From positions 33,666,001 through 33,730,000 of the forward strand of contig NC_043014.1 of NCBI RefSeq assembly GCF_006345805.1: a DNA stretch of 64,000 bases, written 5' to 3'. This document shows, in pieces, positions 22,971 to 36,859 of the stretch (position 1 is the first letter of the stretch; every line of letters starts with the position of its first letter). The translations under genes and the position numbers were made by a program. The stretch is from Octopus sinensis. Taxonomy: Eukaryota. Below the pieces are notes generated by a model that did not search any database, was not told where the DNA came from, and worked only from the letters and a program-made list of their open reading frames with translations.

Positions 22971-23249
22971 TGGACCAAAACTTACGGCCCTGCTGTGATA
23001 CCACGGAAAGAGTTGGGAAAACGGTCGTAAAAGGAATGACAGCTGTGTCACAGTTTTGATCCCTTATTTTTCAGTTGACAAGGTTCTTTAGTTTAACTGA
23101 GTGACCGTTCACGACATTTAGCACTATACTCCCTTGAGACATCAAAATCAGGGGTCAAACAAGTGAAATTTTATCGTTTATTTCATTTTATTTTTGAAAG
23201 CTTATCAAGTATTTTCGTTGAAAATAATTTGTTTATATTTCTCAGCGGG

Positions 23250-23937
23250 TGCATATATGTATGTTTGTGCATTTGTGTATGTATACGTATGTACGTATAT
23301 GTATGCATGTATATGTATGTATGTAAATATGTATGTATGTATGTAAGTATGTATGTAAGTATGTATGTATGTATGTATGTAAGTATGTATGTATGTATGT
23401 ATGCATGTATGTATGCATGTATGTATGTACGTATGTATGTATGTATGTATGCATGCATGTATGTATGTACGTATGTATGTATGTATGTATGTATGCATGC
23501 ATGTATGTATTATCGTTTGCCAATAAGTTTGTGTGCGTGTATATACGTATCTGATTGTGTGTATATGTATGTTAATATATATAATATATTAATACAATAT
23601 ATACATATAATGATAACATATAAATAAATAAATATATGTATATACATGCATATATATGTATTTGTATATAAATATATACTATGTGGACATATATGTGTGC
23701 ATGTGTATATATTTACGTATGTATATATGTACATACGTGTTCCTTTCTGTGTGTGTGTGTGTGTTGACAACCGATGCTGGTGTGTTTACGTCCCCGTAAC
23801 TTAGCGGTTCGGCAAAAGAGAATGATAGAACAAGTACTAGGCTTACAAAGAATAAGTCATGGGGTCGATTTGCACGACTACAGGTGGTGCTCCAGCATGG
23901 CCGCCGTCAAATGACTGAAGCAAGTAAAAGAATAAAA

Positions 23938-23940
<3 letters not shown>
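23250..23940 (+). repeat. (TATG)n/TA-rich tract followed by the 3' half of a group B SINE (about 23765-23940)
   Basis: Direct reading and alignment to group B copies. Confidence 0.85.
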
Positions 23941-23974
<34 letters not shown>

Positions 23975-24400
23975 CGTGTGTGTTTGAGGTTGTGTGTGTA
24001 TGTATATATATAATATATATATAGAGAGAGGGGTTAAGTTGAATGTATGTATGTATGTTTGTACCGCGACATGTGTGTAGAATGCTGGTAAATCGTAAAC
24101 TCGATATTATTAACGTACGTTAAATATATCGGGTCATTTATTGCCCTTGCTAGTAACCCCTAAAGAACGAAAGAATTAATTAAAATCTAGACACTTGAAA
24201 AAATTCTGTTAGTGATATACTTAAATTAAATGGACAACTGGACGTTGAAATTAAATTCGTTGGTGGTTATTCAGTACTTACTATAGTCTGTTATACCATC
24301 AAGACTTAGACCATGCTGGAGAACGGCTTGATAATGTATATATTCTAATCCGTACGAGTACAAAGAGAGTATATGTGTGTGTGTGTGTGTGTGTGCATGT

Positions 24401-24630
24401 GGTGGCGCGTGGCTTAATGGTTAGGGTGTCAGCATCATGATTGTGGTTTCGATTCCTGGACCGGGCGACGCGTTGTGTTCTTGAACAAAACACTTCATTT
24501 CACGTTGCTCTAGTCCACTCAGCTGGCAAAAAAGAGTAACGCTGCGATGGACTGGCATCCCGTCACTGAAACCGGGAAACCGGGACCATGAGCCTGGCTA
24601 GGCTTTAAAAGGGCGCATTTATTATATATA
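24401..24630 (+). mobile_element. SINE of the group C superfamily (alternative body and tail)
   Basis: Head GGTGGCGCGTGGCTTAATGGTTAGGG..GGTTTCGATTCCTGGACCGGGCG; body TTGTGTTCTTGAACAAAACACTTCATTTCACGTTGCTCTAGTCCACTCAGCTGG. Confidence 0.8.
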
Positions 24631-24654
24631 TATATATATATATATACATATGTG

Positions 24655-25040
24655 TAAAAGTAAAAAAATATACAAACTGGGACAAGAACGTGAAACATTT
24701 AGAAGACGACACAAAAAACACGGACGGGACATCCGAAGCCCTCAATCATCAGTCAAGAACCGGATCATCTTCGCAATTTCGGCTGATTAATCCTGAGATT
24801 GCTCCGATCTGGGCAGCCCCCAGGGGAGAGTTCTAAGCCAAGCGCATTAGATTCCTTGGAAGAAAGCCTCGAATGTATACAGCACAGGGACGGAAAACGA
24901 TGTTACACGAATAAAAATACAAAAATACGTAAAAACAATAATGATAGCACGAATAAGAATACAAAATACGTAAAAACAATAATCGTAAGGATAACAACAA
25001 AACCAGGACGTCAGGACAAGCGTCGTTTCGACTGGACGAG
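24655..25040. mobile_element. Unclassified dispersed repeat, possibly a Penelope terminal repeat (other copies 29785-29965, 44935-45235 inverted)
   Basis: AATATACAAACTGGGACAAGAACGTGAAACATTTAGAAGACGA..CGGGACAT.CGAAGCC..CAATC.TCAGTCAAGAACCGGATCATC shared by three copies, each next to (TA)n. Confidence 0.7.
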
Positions 25041-25113
25041 TTAAGTTTTGAGCTGGCTATGGAAGAGTGCCTTAAGGCCACAGAGAACAAACAAATACGT
25101 GTTGCCACAATAT

Positions 25114-25521
25114 AGGAGTGGCTGTGTGGTAAGCCACAGGAGTGGCTGTGAGATAAGTAGCTTGCTAACCAGCCACATGGTTCCGGGTTCAGTCTCACTG
25201 CGTGGCATCTTGGGTAAGTGTCTTCTGCTATAGCCCCGGGCCGACCAATGCCTTGTGAGTGGATTTGGTAGACGGAAACTGAAAGAAGCCTGTCGTATAT
25301 ATGTATATATATATGTGTGTGTGTGTGTGTGTTTGTCCCCCTAGCATTGCTTGACAACCGATGCTGGCGTGTTTACGTCCCCGTCACTTAGCGGTTTGGC
25401 AAAAGAGACCGATAGAATAAGTACTGGGCTTACAAAGAATAAGTCCCGGGGTCGATTTGCTCGACTAAAGGCGGTGCTCCAGCATGGCCGCAGTCAAATG
25501 ACTGAAACAAGTAAAAGAGTA
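25114..25521 (+). mobile_element. SINE group B, full length with duplicated head
   Basis: Alignment to other copies; AGGAGTGGCTGTG appears twice at the 5' end. Confidence 0.92.
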
Positions 25522-25756
25522 ATCAGCCAGAATTGTGTGTTGGTAGACAGGATTATTTCCTTATGCACAAAGCTTAGTCGACTTTAGGTTGACCATATGT
25601 ACTTTTCGATGAGTCTGAAATATATTTCCTGTCCTTTCCGAAAATACATCATTATTGCAATTTATGAGCACTCTAAGTGGGGTGGGGTGCAAGTGCACGC
25701 ATTTGTGTGTGGGCAGGCCTGCGCGTGTACTTGTGTATGAATATACAGCCAGATAT

Positions 25757-25988
25757 TGAAGGCGGCGAGCTGGCAGAAACGTTAGCACGCCGGGCGAAAT
25801 GCTTAGCGGTATTTCGTCTGCGTTACGTTGTGAGTTCAAATTCCGCCGAGGTCGACTTTGCCTTTCATCCTTCTGGGGTCGATAAATTAAGTACCAGTTA
25901 CGCACTGGGTCGTTGTAATCGGTTTAATCCCTTTGTCTGTCCTTGTTTGTCTCCTCTGTGTTTAGCCCCTTGTGTGTAGTGAAGAAAT
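25757..25988 (+). mobile_element. SINE group A, single unit, with 16-bp TSD
   Basis: TSD ATATACAGCCAGATAT at 25741-25756 and 25989-26004. Confidence 0.93.
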
Positions 25989-27363
25989 ATATACAGCCAG
26001 ATATCTTTATATTACTCGAAAACAAATGGCCAGTCATGACACAGATTGGTTTAAGTTCATCTGTATAACACTTGTTGTGAACGGTCAATGGTGAAAGTTC
26101 GCTAACCTTATATAATGAGAGTTGTTTGCCATAAAAAATTAAGTATTAAAACAAAGTAAAAATTGAAGATTAAACTACGTAATGAAATATTATAAATGCT
26201 AAAGCACTGAAGGAAATTTACAGTAATAAATATCTAAAGTATTAAAGTATTAAAAATAGAACGGATATAAGTAAGTCAAATATGCAACGGGATTAAATAC
26301 GCTAAGTATATAGGTCCACAACACATGCATACGAGTATGTATACGTGTGTATGTGTGTGTGTGTGCATGTGTCTATGTGTGCATGTACATGTATATAAAC
26401 ATATATATGTGTGTGCGTATATATGTGCTATATGTATATACACACGCTATATACATATACAGACACATATATGAACACATACTTTCATACAGGGATATAT
26501 ACATACCGATATACACATATATATATATATATATATACATACACACACACATACACACATACAAACATATATATATATGTATGTATGTAAATGCAACCAT
26601 TTTACGCTAATGATTTTAATGTATAGTTATGTGTGTATGTAACCGAAAAGCCTTATGATCCTCTCAAAGTAAGTCGCGAATCACACTACCTCAAAATGTA
26701 AAGACTTTGCTGAAGTAACGAGCTAACAAACCTAAGAATTCAACCACCTATTTCAAAAATATAGAATGAAATGTGCAAGAGAGAGTGACGAAATTGGAAA
26801 GCGCCGTTCATTACCAGACGATTTTAGGTGGAATTTTGTTTTACGCACTCCATATAACCCCCTCATAACTTTTTGGGGGCTGGAGTGGAGGATTTCTCAG
26901 AAAGTTTTTGCGGATTTATATTCTACGTACGGGAGTCCACTCGATTATATAATTTTTTTAATTTTTTATAAACTTTCGAAATTTGAAAAAAAAAAAAAAT
27001 TTTTTATAATTTCGAAATTTGAAAAAAAAAATTTGGTTAGCTTTTCGAATTTTTTAAAAATCACATTTTAAAATAAGGACAGTCCGAATTTTTTCGGAGC
27101 ATTGAATGTGTTTATGAGGAGAAAGATATTGACGTCAGACTGAAATACAAATGAGGAGGGTATGAAGTGGTCGTGAGATGTGCTAAAAATAATAGCTAAA
27201 TAAGCCTTAAATCACGCGCCAAGATATATATATATATATATTAGAGGGAAAAAGACAACAAAAACCAAGGCAGGACGAGTATCTCAGGTCATTTAGAATA
27301 TTTGATTAGAGTAAGGTAAGTTTGAAGTAATTAATTAATTAGTTAATTAATTAATTATTGGAT

Positions 27364-27437
27364 TCTTACAGCTGTTTCTGGGATATCCCAAGTGATAGGT
27401 TAGCATCTCCATATACTGGATATTCCGTCATCAGAGA
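27364..27437 (-). ncRNA. Hammerhead ribozyme-like motif in a probable Penelope-type terminal repeat (about 27240-27710)
   Basis: Minus strand TCT-CTGATGA-C-GGAATATCC...GGGATATCCC-A-GAAAC-AGCT-GT-A-AGA: intact core, 3-bp stem I, imperfect stem II, palindromic stem III (ACAGCTGT). Confidence 0.55.
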
Positions 27438-28110
27438 CAAGGTGAGTATGTATGAAAGTTCTAGACAGGGAATTCACAGTTTATAAAGGAATAAAATAGC
27501 AGATAGAAGAATAAAGAGTAAAACAGTAGATGTTTCTGAAAATGTTTTAAAATTAGAAAAGTTGTGAGGGGTTATATGACGTACGTAAAGCAGAATTCAG
27601 CCTAATTTTGTTCAACAAGTAAATAGGAAAGAGCCGAGGAGCAGTTAATTCTCGCTCAAATATCATCCCACAAACTTAAATATAGAAAGAATTTATTGAA
27701 GACTGTTGTTTGTGTGTGTGTGCATAGGAAAACTCTTGTACTGAAATTCAAAGTATTAAAAAATATGAAGAGGACTATATATGCGTTAAATATAATTTTG
27801 GAACAATTTTAGCTCTATAGAAAAGAAACACCGTATCACTATAATTCATAGCTTCTCTGAAACAAATATTTCGAATCTGTAAAAACAGTTGTATTATTTC
27901 AAGCTATTTCCGTAAGATCCCAATGTAATTCATAGCAGTCATAATTTCGCCACGATATAAGACACCAAAGAGTTAGATGTGGACAGTACAATCTACTATG
28001 TGTGGGTGTGTGCGCGCGCGAGTACGCGATGGACTTCCGCGAAGTTCCGTCTACAAAATTGAAATTCTAGACAACGATCAGCCCTGAATTTTGAGAGAAA
28101 GCATTTGCCC

Positions 28111-28508
28111 GAAGGCGGCGAGCTGGCAGAAACGTTAGCACGCCGGGCGAAATGCTTACCAGCATTTCGTCTGCTGTTACGTTCTGAGTTCAAATTCCGC
28201 CGAGGTCGACTTTGTCTTTCATCCTTTCGGGTTCGATAAATTAAGTACTAGTTACGCATTGGGGTCGATGTAATCGACTTAATCCGTTTGTCTGTACTTG
28301 CTTGTCCCCTCCCCTTGTGGGCAATAAAGAAATAAAGAAATAAGAAACGTCTGTCTTTACGTTCTGAGTTCAAATTCCGCCGAGGTCAACTTTGCCTTTC
28401 ATCCTTTCGGGGTCGATAAATTAAGTACCAGTTGCGTACTGGAGTCGATCTAATTGACTGGCACCCTTCCCAAAAATTTCGGGCCTTGCACCTAGACTAG
28501 AAAAGATT
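28111..28508 (+). mobile_element. SINE group A, two-unit copy, probable 9-bp TSD
   Basis: GCATTTGCC at 28101-28109 and 28509-28517; body reiterated. Confidence 0.9.
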
Positions 28509-28859
28509 GCATTTGCCAGAGGTGCTGCGAAGTGGAATTGAACCCAAAATTGCGTGTATGAAAAGTAAACTTTTTGACAAGCTTTCAAGGCATCAGTGAA
28601 ACCGAGGCTTTAATAATTAATTTTATACTTTTGAAGTCATTTATTGTAGTTAGCATTTCGAAATTCTTAACCATATGGCGCGCGCGCGCGTGAATGTGTA
28701 TGTGTGTCTGTGCGATCATGTGTGTGTATGTATATGTACATATATTCATAAGTATATATACATAATATATTCCTATATTCCTATAAATATATATATATAA
28801 ATATATATATAACATGCACAAATACATTATATTATGTGTGTGTGTGTGTTTGTATTTTC

Positions 28860-28872
28860 AAAAAGTGAGGAG

Positions 28873-28903
<31 letters not shown>

Positions 28904-28976
28904 GAGAAAGAAAGAGAGAAAGAGAGAAAGAAAGAAAGAAAGAGAGAAAGAAAGAAAGAAAGAAAGATAGAAGGAA

Positions 28977-29042
<66 letters not shown>

Positions 29043-29100
29043 GGAGAGAGAGAGAAAGAGAGAAAGAGAGAAAGAGAGAAGGAGAAAAAGAAAGCAGGAG
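28860..29100. repeat. (AAAG)n/(AG)n polypurine tract
   Basis: Direct reading; explains the ERK-rich ORFs. Confidence 0.97.
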
Positions 29101-29446
29101 TGAAAAACGGAGGAAGAAAACGTAAATATTAGATTAAGGCCAGACAAGACCGGGTGTGGCTAAAAGCGACATGAGTTGAATGATTTACGGCAATAGTACT
29201 TAGGTCTAATGACCAGAGAGACAGACAGAGAGAAAAATGAGGAAAGAGAGAAGTGGTTAGATATGAATATATCGGGTTAAATATGAAAACTCCCTACTAG
29301 AGAAGGGTCTGCTTATAACAAGAGAATGGGTGCGGCGATGTTTCTTTGAGTGCTTCACCCGAGATTGGTCATTAAGACGCGGGTAACCTGGTGACCGAAT
29401 TATGATTTATATAGACTGTGGCCACACGTTGATTCTGAGCTCTGTG

Positions 29447-29505
<59 letters not shown>

Positions 29506-29541
29506 CATATTATATCATATATTATAATATATTACATATAT

Positions 29542-29757
29542 AAGGCGGCATGCAAGTAGAAACGTAAAGACAGTCGAAATGCTTAAGGGTATTTCATCTG
29601 TCTTTGCGTTCTGAGTTCAAATTCCGCTGAGGTCGACTTTACCTTTCATCCTTTCGGGGTCGATAAATTAAGTACAAGTTGCGTACTGGAGTTGATGTAA
29701 TCGACTGGTCCCCTCCCCAAAAATTTCGGGCGCTATGCCTAGAGTAGAAAAGAATAT
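29542..29757 (+). mobile_element. SINE group A, degenerate head, short 3' variant
   Basis: Aligns to group A; ends CCTAGAGTAGAAAAGAATAT. Confidence 0.85.
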
Positions 29758-29959
29758 AATACATATATATATATATATATGTAAATGTAAAAATATACAA
29801 ACTGGGACAAGAACGTGAAACATTTAGAAGACGATACAAAAAACTCGGACGGGACATTCGAAGCCTTCAATCTTCAGTCAAGAACCGGATCATCTTCGCA
29901 ATTTCGGCTGATTAATCTTCAGATTGCTCCGATCTGGCCAGCCCCAAAGGAAAATCTAA

Positions 29960-30020
<61 letters not shown>

Positions 30021-30289
30021 TGACGTATTTTTGCCATTTCAATATGGCTAACCCCTAAGGGTGGATGCTACTGTAGTTTTTAGCCCCAGGAGGACACACT
30101 CCTCCAGCTGGCCATAGACACACTATCTGTGTCCTGTCAGTATTTGCAAAGGGAAGTCATCCTTCCCGTCTTTATATATATTATATATATATAATATGCA
30201 TATGTATGTATATATGTGTGTGCGCATATATGTGGGGGCAGATCCCATAGGTTTCTTCGACTTCTAAGCTGTTTTCACTGCTATTCTGC

Positions 30290-32575
30290 GTTCGAGGTTT
30301 CCTTTATTTTTTGTAAAATACCAACTCACTCGGCCCTTCAAAGTTATTCTTAAGGTCAAAGTTTAGTCACACGCCAGCTTTTATAAGCTTCATTAGAAAT
30401 TCAGTTCTCAACCAAACTGAGAGTTACATCTTTAACATTCACCCACGGCAATGAGTGAATATATTCTTAAGGTAAACTTTTAGTTACTCGCAAGCCGTTC
30501 AAGGCATCATCACTAATTCAGTTCTCAGCCAAATTGAATGCAGGTTTTTATTAGCAATGAAGGTTCAATCTTCAGCTATATTTCGAGATAAAATAATTGG
30601 AATTTGGTTCATCAAAAATGTTAAGTCAAAATATGTGAGATTAAAAATGGGAGAGTAAGGCGAAAAATCGACTTTTAATTAAATTACCTCAGTTATTTTA
30701 AAAAGAAAAGCCCAGATTAATTGAGTTTAAAATAATGTGTTCAATGAGAAAAATCTTTTGGTGTAAACCTCGTTAAAAAGTATTAGCTAAGAAAAAAATT
30801 AGTTTGGCTTTAAGTGATGAAAAAACGGTAAGTAACCCCCAAAATTGACTTTGAATCAAAATATCTCAGCCATTCTAAAAGACAACTATACAATAATTGT
30901 GTGCAAATGAAAGAGCTCTGGGAAGAATCTTATGGTGAAAATCTCATCAAAAAATATTAGCTACAAAAAAGGTGGTATAGCTTTAAGTGATAAAAAATAG
31001 ATGATCCTTTTGATAAATCAAAATATTTTTCTCATTTTAAGATATTTAGCGTTATATAAGACGGTATGTGGTTTTTTGGGTAGCTTAATTTAATGTTGTA
31101 AAGCGCTTAACCGGAGTTTGACAGGTACGGGGTTCGACATTCTGTAGTGTCTTGCAGGCCACCATTTTTTTTTGTTTTCTAAGCGTATTTAGCCATCTTC
31201 TCAGCTATTTTCGCAGCTGTTCCGCGTTCGGGACTTACTTCAGATGAAAGAGCGCTATGAGAAGAATCTCATGGTGAAAAGATTGTCTAAATATATTAGT
31301 TACAAAAAAAGTTGTGTGGCTTTAAGTGACGGAAAAAAGATGATAATTTTAAGGAAGTAAAATTTTTTGTCTCTTTAATAGAAAATAAATATTATTCTCT
31401 TTATGTATATAAAACATGCACACATCAAAAAGGTTTTTAAAATTTCACTCATTAAAAAGAACTTATTATTAATTATTTAATTAGAATATAATATTATTTC
31501 ATAATAAAAATTGATTAAAAATATATTTCTTTGTAACAGATATTCTGCTAGTAAGCCTTTGATGTTTTTAAGTGCAAACAAAATTTCTAAGTTTGAACAA
31601 AACCAGTATTTAGAAAAATATTTTCAATAGTATTATTTTTTCAGTTATAAAAGTAAATATGATTAATTGTAACGATAGAAGCATTGCCTGGAAAAAAGCG
31701 GACTAGAATGAAAAATGCAGGTGCAGAATCCAAGAGTATTATTAAGTATAGAACGTGGAAAAGTACAGGGCAAGAAGAAAATTGTTCATCAAGTAGTGTG
31801 TGCACTATTTTGCTTTTATATTTTTTTAAATTTTATTGCAAATTTAAAAAAATTCAAGTTGATATTTTTGATTAAAAAATTTCTTAGTATAAAACTAAAA
31901 CATTTGTCTTATTTTTAGTATTATATTATTTTATCAATTATATTTTCTTAACAAAACTCATTATCCGAAAATTTTAAATCAGAGATATTCTGTTATAAAA
32001 TTAAACTCGTGTAGAATAAATGTGACTTTAAAGAGTAAAAAAATAGTAAAAAAAATTTTTTAAAGAAACAAAAGAATTAATTTTTTTTTAATTTTGCATT
32101 ATCAGATAAAGTATTCTCTATTTACAGTTAGAAAAATATTTAAAAAAAAAAGAAAGCTAATGAAAAAATTGAGTGCAAAATGTAGAGATGACTCCCAAGC
32201 TTTTTTGAAAAAAATTAGATGTTATAATTTTCAATTTTACTCAATTTGCTATTATGTGATTTTTTAAACATATGAATTTGTAATATCAAATTCTTAATGT
32301 GTAAACTTGCAAGCAATTAGTCTTTTCATTAAAATTGAAAATAAACAGTTTGTTTGGGTATTTTGATTGAACTTTTTAAGTAAAAATTAAAATATAAAAG
32401 GGCATTTATCACTATTTTAGTATTTAAATTCTAACTTCAGCAGCAATATTTTAAGTCTTTTCTTCATGTCCTGTATTTTTCCAGGTTTAATAACTGCTTG
32501 TTCTGTACTTTTCCCTTTTCAATACTTAAGAATATTCTAGGAATCTGCACCCGCATCTTTCATTCTAGTATACAC
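30290..32575. mobile_element. AT-rich composite repeat, probable old DNA-transposon derivative
   Basis: About 117-bp tandem pair at 30340-30540; three degenerate about 90-bp units (about 30745, 30917, 31253); inverted repeat 31702-31790 versus 32480-32569. Related sequence at 39480-41110. Confidence 0.5.
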
Positions 32576-32659
32576 ATACATCTATATGTGTGCCTGTGTG
32601 CGTATACATACATACATACATACATACATACATTTTTTTCTCTCCTTGTTTCTCTCCTT

Positions 32660-32800
32660 GTTTTTTTTCTGTGTCCCCTTCTGTAGAAGAGCGTAGGCTC
32701 GAAACGTAAAAGACTTTTTCTATTCCTGGGCGCTATGCTAATAGATCTGTTTGTTTTGTACACCACCTGTCTTCGTCCTTTGTTTATTTTCGTAAACTTT
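32660..32800 (+). mobile_element. Penelope-type terminal-repeat remnant with hammerhead-like motif (32677-32712); related copies at about 52300-52490 and 53120-53300
   Basis: Shared (C)YGWNGAA-GAGC-loop-GCTC-GAAACGTH motif followed by similar T-rich sequence. Confidence 0.6.
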
Positions 32801-32803
32801 CCC

Positions 32804-32835
<32 letters not shown>

Positions 32836-33016
32836 CATAAATGCATGCATGCATACATACATACATACATACATACATACTTACATACATACATATATGC
32901 ATGCATGCATGCATGCATACATACATACATACATACATACATACATACATACATACATACATACATACATACATACATACATACATACATACATACATAC
33001 ATACATACATACATAC
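32790..33016. repeat. (TACA)n/(TGCA)n microsatellite
   Basis: Direct reading. Confidence 0.97.
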
Positions 33017-33629
33017 AATACCTGCTTGCTTAGTGTACTTAACCACACGGCGGTGATTGCACGACGTTTTTTCTTTTTTTATTTTGTTTAAACATTTTGA
33101 AGGAACAACATGTATTCAAGAAATCCATTCAACTAGTCGAGTTATCCTTAATTAGGAGCTGTACGACCGTAAGAAAGTGAGAAGTTACACAACATATTTT
33201 GGGACCTAGTTTAGAAAAATGGAATCTTTTAGAACGATGAGACAAAAAGTTTTTGAAGGTGTGACGCAAAAATTATTCATTACGGTTCTTATATTTTCGT
33301 TCCTTCAACTAATTTCAACACCATAACTATAGACTGGTACAATAATAGTTGTATGTTATTGTTTTTTGCACTTCTTACCTTCTTGAATGCAATTTTTACC
33401 TGCTGATTCACCAACAATCAAAATGTTACACCTGGCTTGATAGAGGTAGGAGAGTCCGGTTTCGTTTGTCACACACATTGCTGTAAGCCAAATATGGACC
33501 CTGCCCCTAAACAGATATTGAGTTTGCATGAATGACAAGGTTTACATTAAATAATGGGCTAGTTTATAATAATATTTTTGATTGCAACATAGATTTTTTT
33601 AAAATTTATTCTTTTAGGTACAGACATTG

Positions 33630-34545
33630 CTGCGTGGTGAAGGAACTCGCTATGCAGCCATCCGGTTTCGGGTTCAGTCCTAATGCGCGTCACTTGCATG
33701 AATGCGTTCTATTATAGGCTCGAGCCGGCCAATGATTTGTGACGGAATTTGGTAGACGGAGTGTGAGGAAATCATCTGATATGTGTGTGTGTGTGTGTGT
33801 GTGTTTTCCGCTACCATCGTTGACATCCGTTGCTGGTTTGTTAATGTCCCCTTAATTTAGCGGTTGGGCAAATGTGACTGAAAAAATAAGTACCAGACTT
33901 TGAAAAATTAGTACGGTGTCGATTTGCTAAACTAACCTATTCAAGACGGTGACCCAAGAGGGTTGCATCTCAATAAGTGAAACACGTAGAAGATTTTAAA
34001 AATCTGTCTTCAAAGAAAAGTAAATATTACTGGTTTCAAATTTTGACACAAGGCCATCAATTTCGAGGAAGTGGGTGAGTCGATTACGTCGATCCTAGTG
34101 TTCAACTGGTACTCATTTTGGCGCAGATAAAGAATACGCACACCACTCGTTTTTGGCGTAACCCTAATCCTAAACGCTGAAAACGGGTGATGTGCGTATT
34201 CTTTACTTTAGCCTTTATTTTCATTTTTTTATCGACCCCGAAAGGATGAAAGGCAAAGTTGACCTCAGCAGAATTTGAACTCAGAACATAAACATGGACG
34301 AAATACCTATTTCTTTACTACCCACAAGGGGCTAAACACAGAAGACACAAACAAGGACAGACAGACGGATTAAGTCGATTATATCGACCCCAGTGCGTAA
34401 CTGGTACTTAATTTATCGACCTCGAAAGGATGAAAGGCAAAGTCGACCTCGGCGGAATTTGAACTGAGAACGAAACGGCAAACGAAAAACCGCTAAACAT
34501 TTCGCCCGGCGTGCTAACGTTTCTGCCAGCTCGTCACTTTAGTAA
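33630..34545. mobile_element. Degenerate group B SINE (+, about 33630-33990) followed by group A SINE units (-, about 34025-34545)
   Basis: Alignment to the consensus of the other copies. Confidence 0.75.
34120..34213. mobile_element. 94-bp mini-MITE inserted in a group A SINE
   Basis: Imperfect 26-bp TIRs GGCGCAGATAAAGAATACGCACACCA / TGATGTGCGTATTCTTTACTTTAGCC, TAACCCTAATCCTAA core; flanks CTCATTTT and TTTATTTT each differ by one base from the SINE target CTTATTTT. Confidence 0.7.
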
Positions 34546-35683
34546 AGTACACAAATGAAATTAATTTTTTGCCAGTCCTTATCGCTTTGATGCCTTTATG
34601 CACTTTTGTTAATACACAATTAATTATACCTTCATAGATATTTCGATTTTGTAAGTTACTATAAACGGTTTTCTCTAACAGGATACAGAATCAATAAATA
34701 AAAACTGCGAATATTATAGATATGTTCGATTTTTGCTGAAAGCATGGGCACGTTGCTAAGAAACTTGCTTCGTAAATGAGGGACTTCGAGTCCAGTCCCA
34801 CCACGCGAAATCTTTGACAAGCGCTTTCTTTTATAGTCCCATGTGAACCGGTGCTCCGTGAGTGAATTTAGGTTACGGAAACTATGCGGAAGCCCGTCGT
34901 GTATTTATGTGTGTGTGTGTCTGTGTGTGTGCAGGTGTATGTGTGTGTGTATGTGTGTGTGTGTGCATGTGTGTGTGTGTATGTGTGTGTGTATGTGTGT
35001 GTGTGTACAAAGAGAGAAAGATGTGTGTGTGTGTGTGTGCGTGCATGCTTTCCTATCACTGCTTAAGAATCGGTGTTGGTATGATTACGCCCCTGTAACA
35101 TACCAGTTCGCCAAGGGTCCAAGAGAATAAGAACTAGGCTTAAAACAAGTACATTCACTAAACATTTCAAGCTAACCTGCCAACACGGCCGCAGTTCAAT
35201 GACTGAGACAATTTAAACAATGAAAGAAAAGCAATATATTGACAAATTTAACTTGATTCTTACGAAAGGAATGGCTGTTCTTATAAGGCAGACGTTGCAT
35301 CATCTGAAGACACTCGCATCATTACTGTAAACCAGCTTTGAATAGAAATCTTTATATTGACATTTGAAATGATAAAATGAAAATAGTAGCAAAATAATGC
35401 ATACATCCTTGTAAGTTACAAAAGTAATGTTTTACATTCTCCTGCGATAATAAAAGTTCTAATTAAACATTGTAATGTGTTTAGCTACATCAGGGCATCA
35501 CATCTTTGCATCTTTCTATCTATACATCTATATGAGTGTGTGTGTGTGAGTATTTACATATGTACATATATATATATGTATATTTATAATAATATGCATA
35601 ATATATATATTTACATATATACATACGTATGTGTATGCATATATATTTACATGTGTGTGTATGTATCTGCATCTGTGCGTTGT

Positions 35684-35684
<1 letters not shown>

Positions 35685-35772
<88 letters not shown>
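35685..35772. repeat. (AGAT)n microsatellite
   Basis: Direct reading. Confidence 0.97.
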
Positions 35773-36544
35773 CAAGAAACTTCATAACAAACATAGCTAC
35801 CAAGAGTATTTATTATACATAAGAACATATTGCCACAATCTTAGAAAGACGAAAGTCAGTGTGCTTGTGTGTGTATGTGTGTTTGTGTGTGTGTGTGTAC
35901 GTGTGTGTGTGTGTGTACGTGTGCATGTGTGTCCGTACATGTGTGTGTGTGTAGGTGTAGGTGTGAGAGAGAAAAAGTACGTGTATGTCTTGAGAGTGTC
36001 TGTGGGTGTACGTATACATAGACACACGCAAATATATATATATATATAAATTTTTATATATATATATATATATAATATATATATATATATAGGTACGTGT
36101 AAGACAGCGGCAGAGTGTGTATTTGTATGGTGTGGTGTGTGGTAAAGCAAGACCGAATCCGCAACACAAATAAACCAACGTTTTGTTCAATTTCGTCAAT
36201 TCGAGGCCGCCTTGCTAAAACAACAGACAGAAAACCTTTTTAGTTGTTGGCCAACTTAATGGTAAGTGAAGCTTCATAGGGGAGCTAGGGATGAGGGAAG
36301 GGAGATTCCTGGGAGTAGGAGGGTGTTGAGGTGTGTGGAAAGTGAGTGGGGACGGGTCTTCATAGAGGACCACATTTCGAAAGATGAGGTAACTCCCTCC
36401 CCCACCAACATTAATTCTGTAGTAGCTGTCATAAAGTTTTTAGTAGGAGGTGACTTTCTTTCAATAAATATGTATTGTGTGTATTGCGCTGTGTGATGGG
36501 ATAGGAGCTTTGTTTATCTCTCTCCCACCCTCCCCTCTCTCTGC

Positions 36545-36577
<33 letters not shown>

Positions 36578-36859
36578 TGTATGTATGTATGTATGTATGT
36601 ATGTATGTATGTATGTATGTATGTGCTGAAAAGTTCCTAGCTTTAAAGGTATCGCGAAAAGCCTGGCAGGAGTGCCCAACTTCCCGAGTTCTTTTATAGA
36701 TATTAGAAAAACTGAAGGACTGCTGAAATACATGTGCGAATCTGAGAGAGGAATATGTTCAATAAAATCATAATTAACTAATTCTCCTGTATTTTTTTTT
36801 ACTCCAAACTGGGAACTTTTCAGCACCCTTTCGTATATGTGTGTATATATATAGTTATA

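Noticed and set aside
24735-24770. CTGATGA/CTGAAGA in the 24.7, 29.9 and 45.1-kb repeat family as a hammerhead
   Set aside because: Followed by GAATGTC or GGATGTC rather than GAAAC, and stems I and III cannot be formed.
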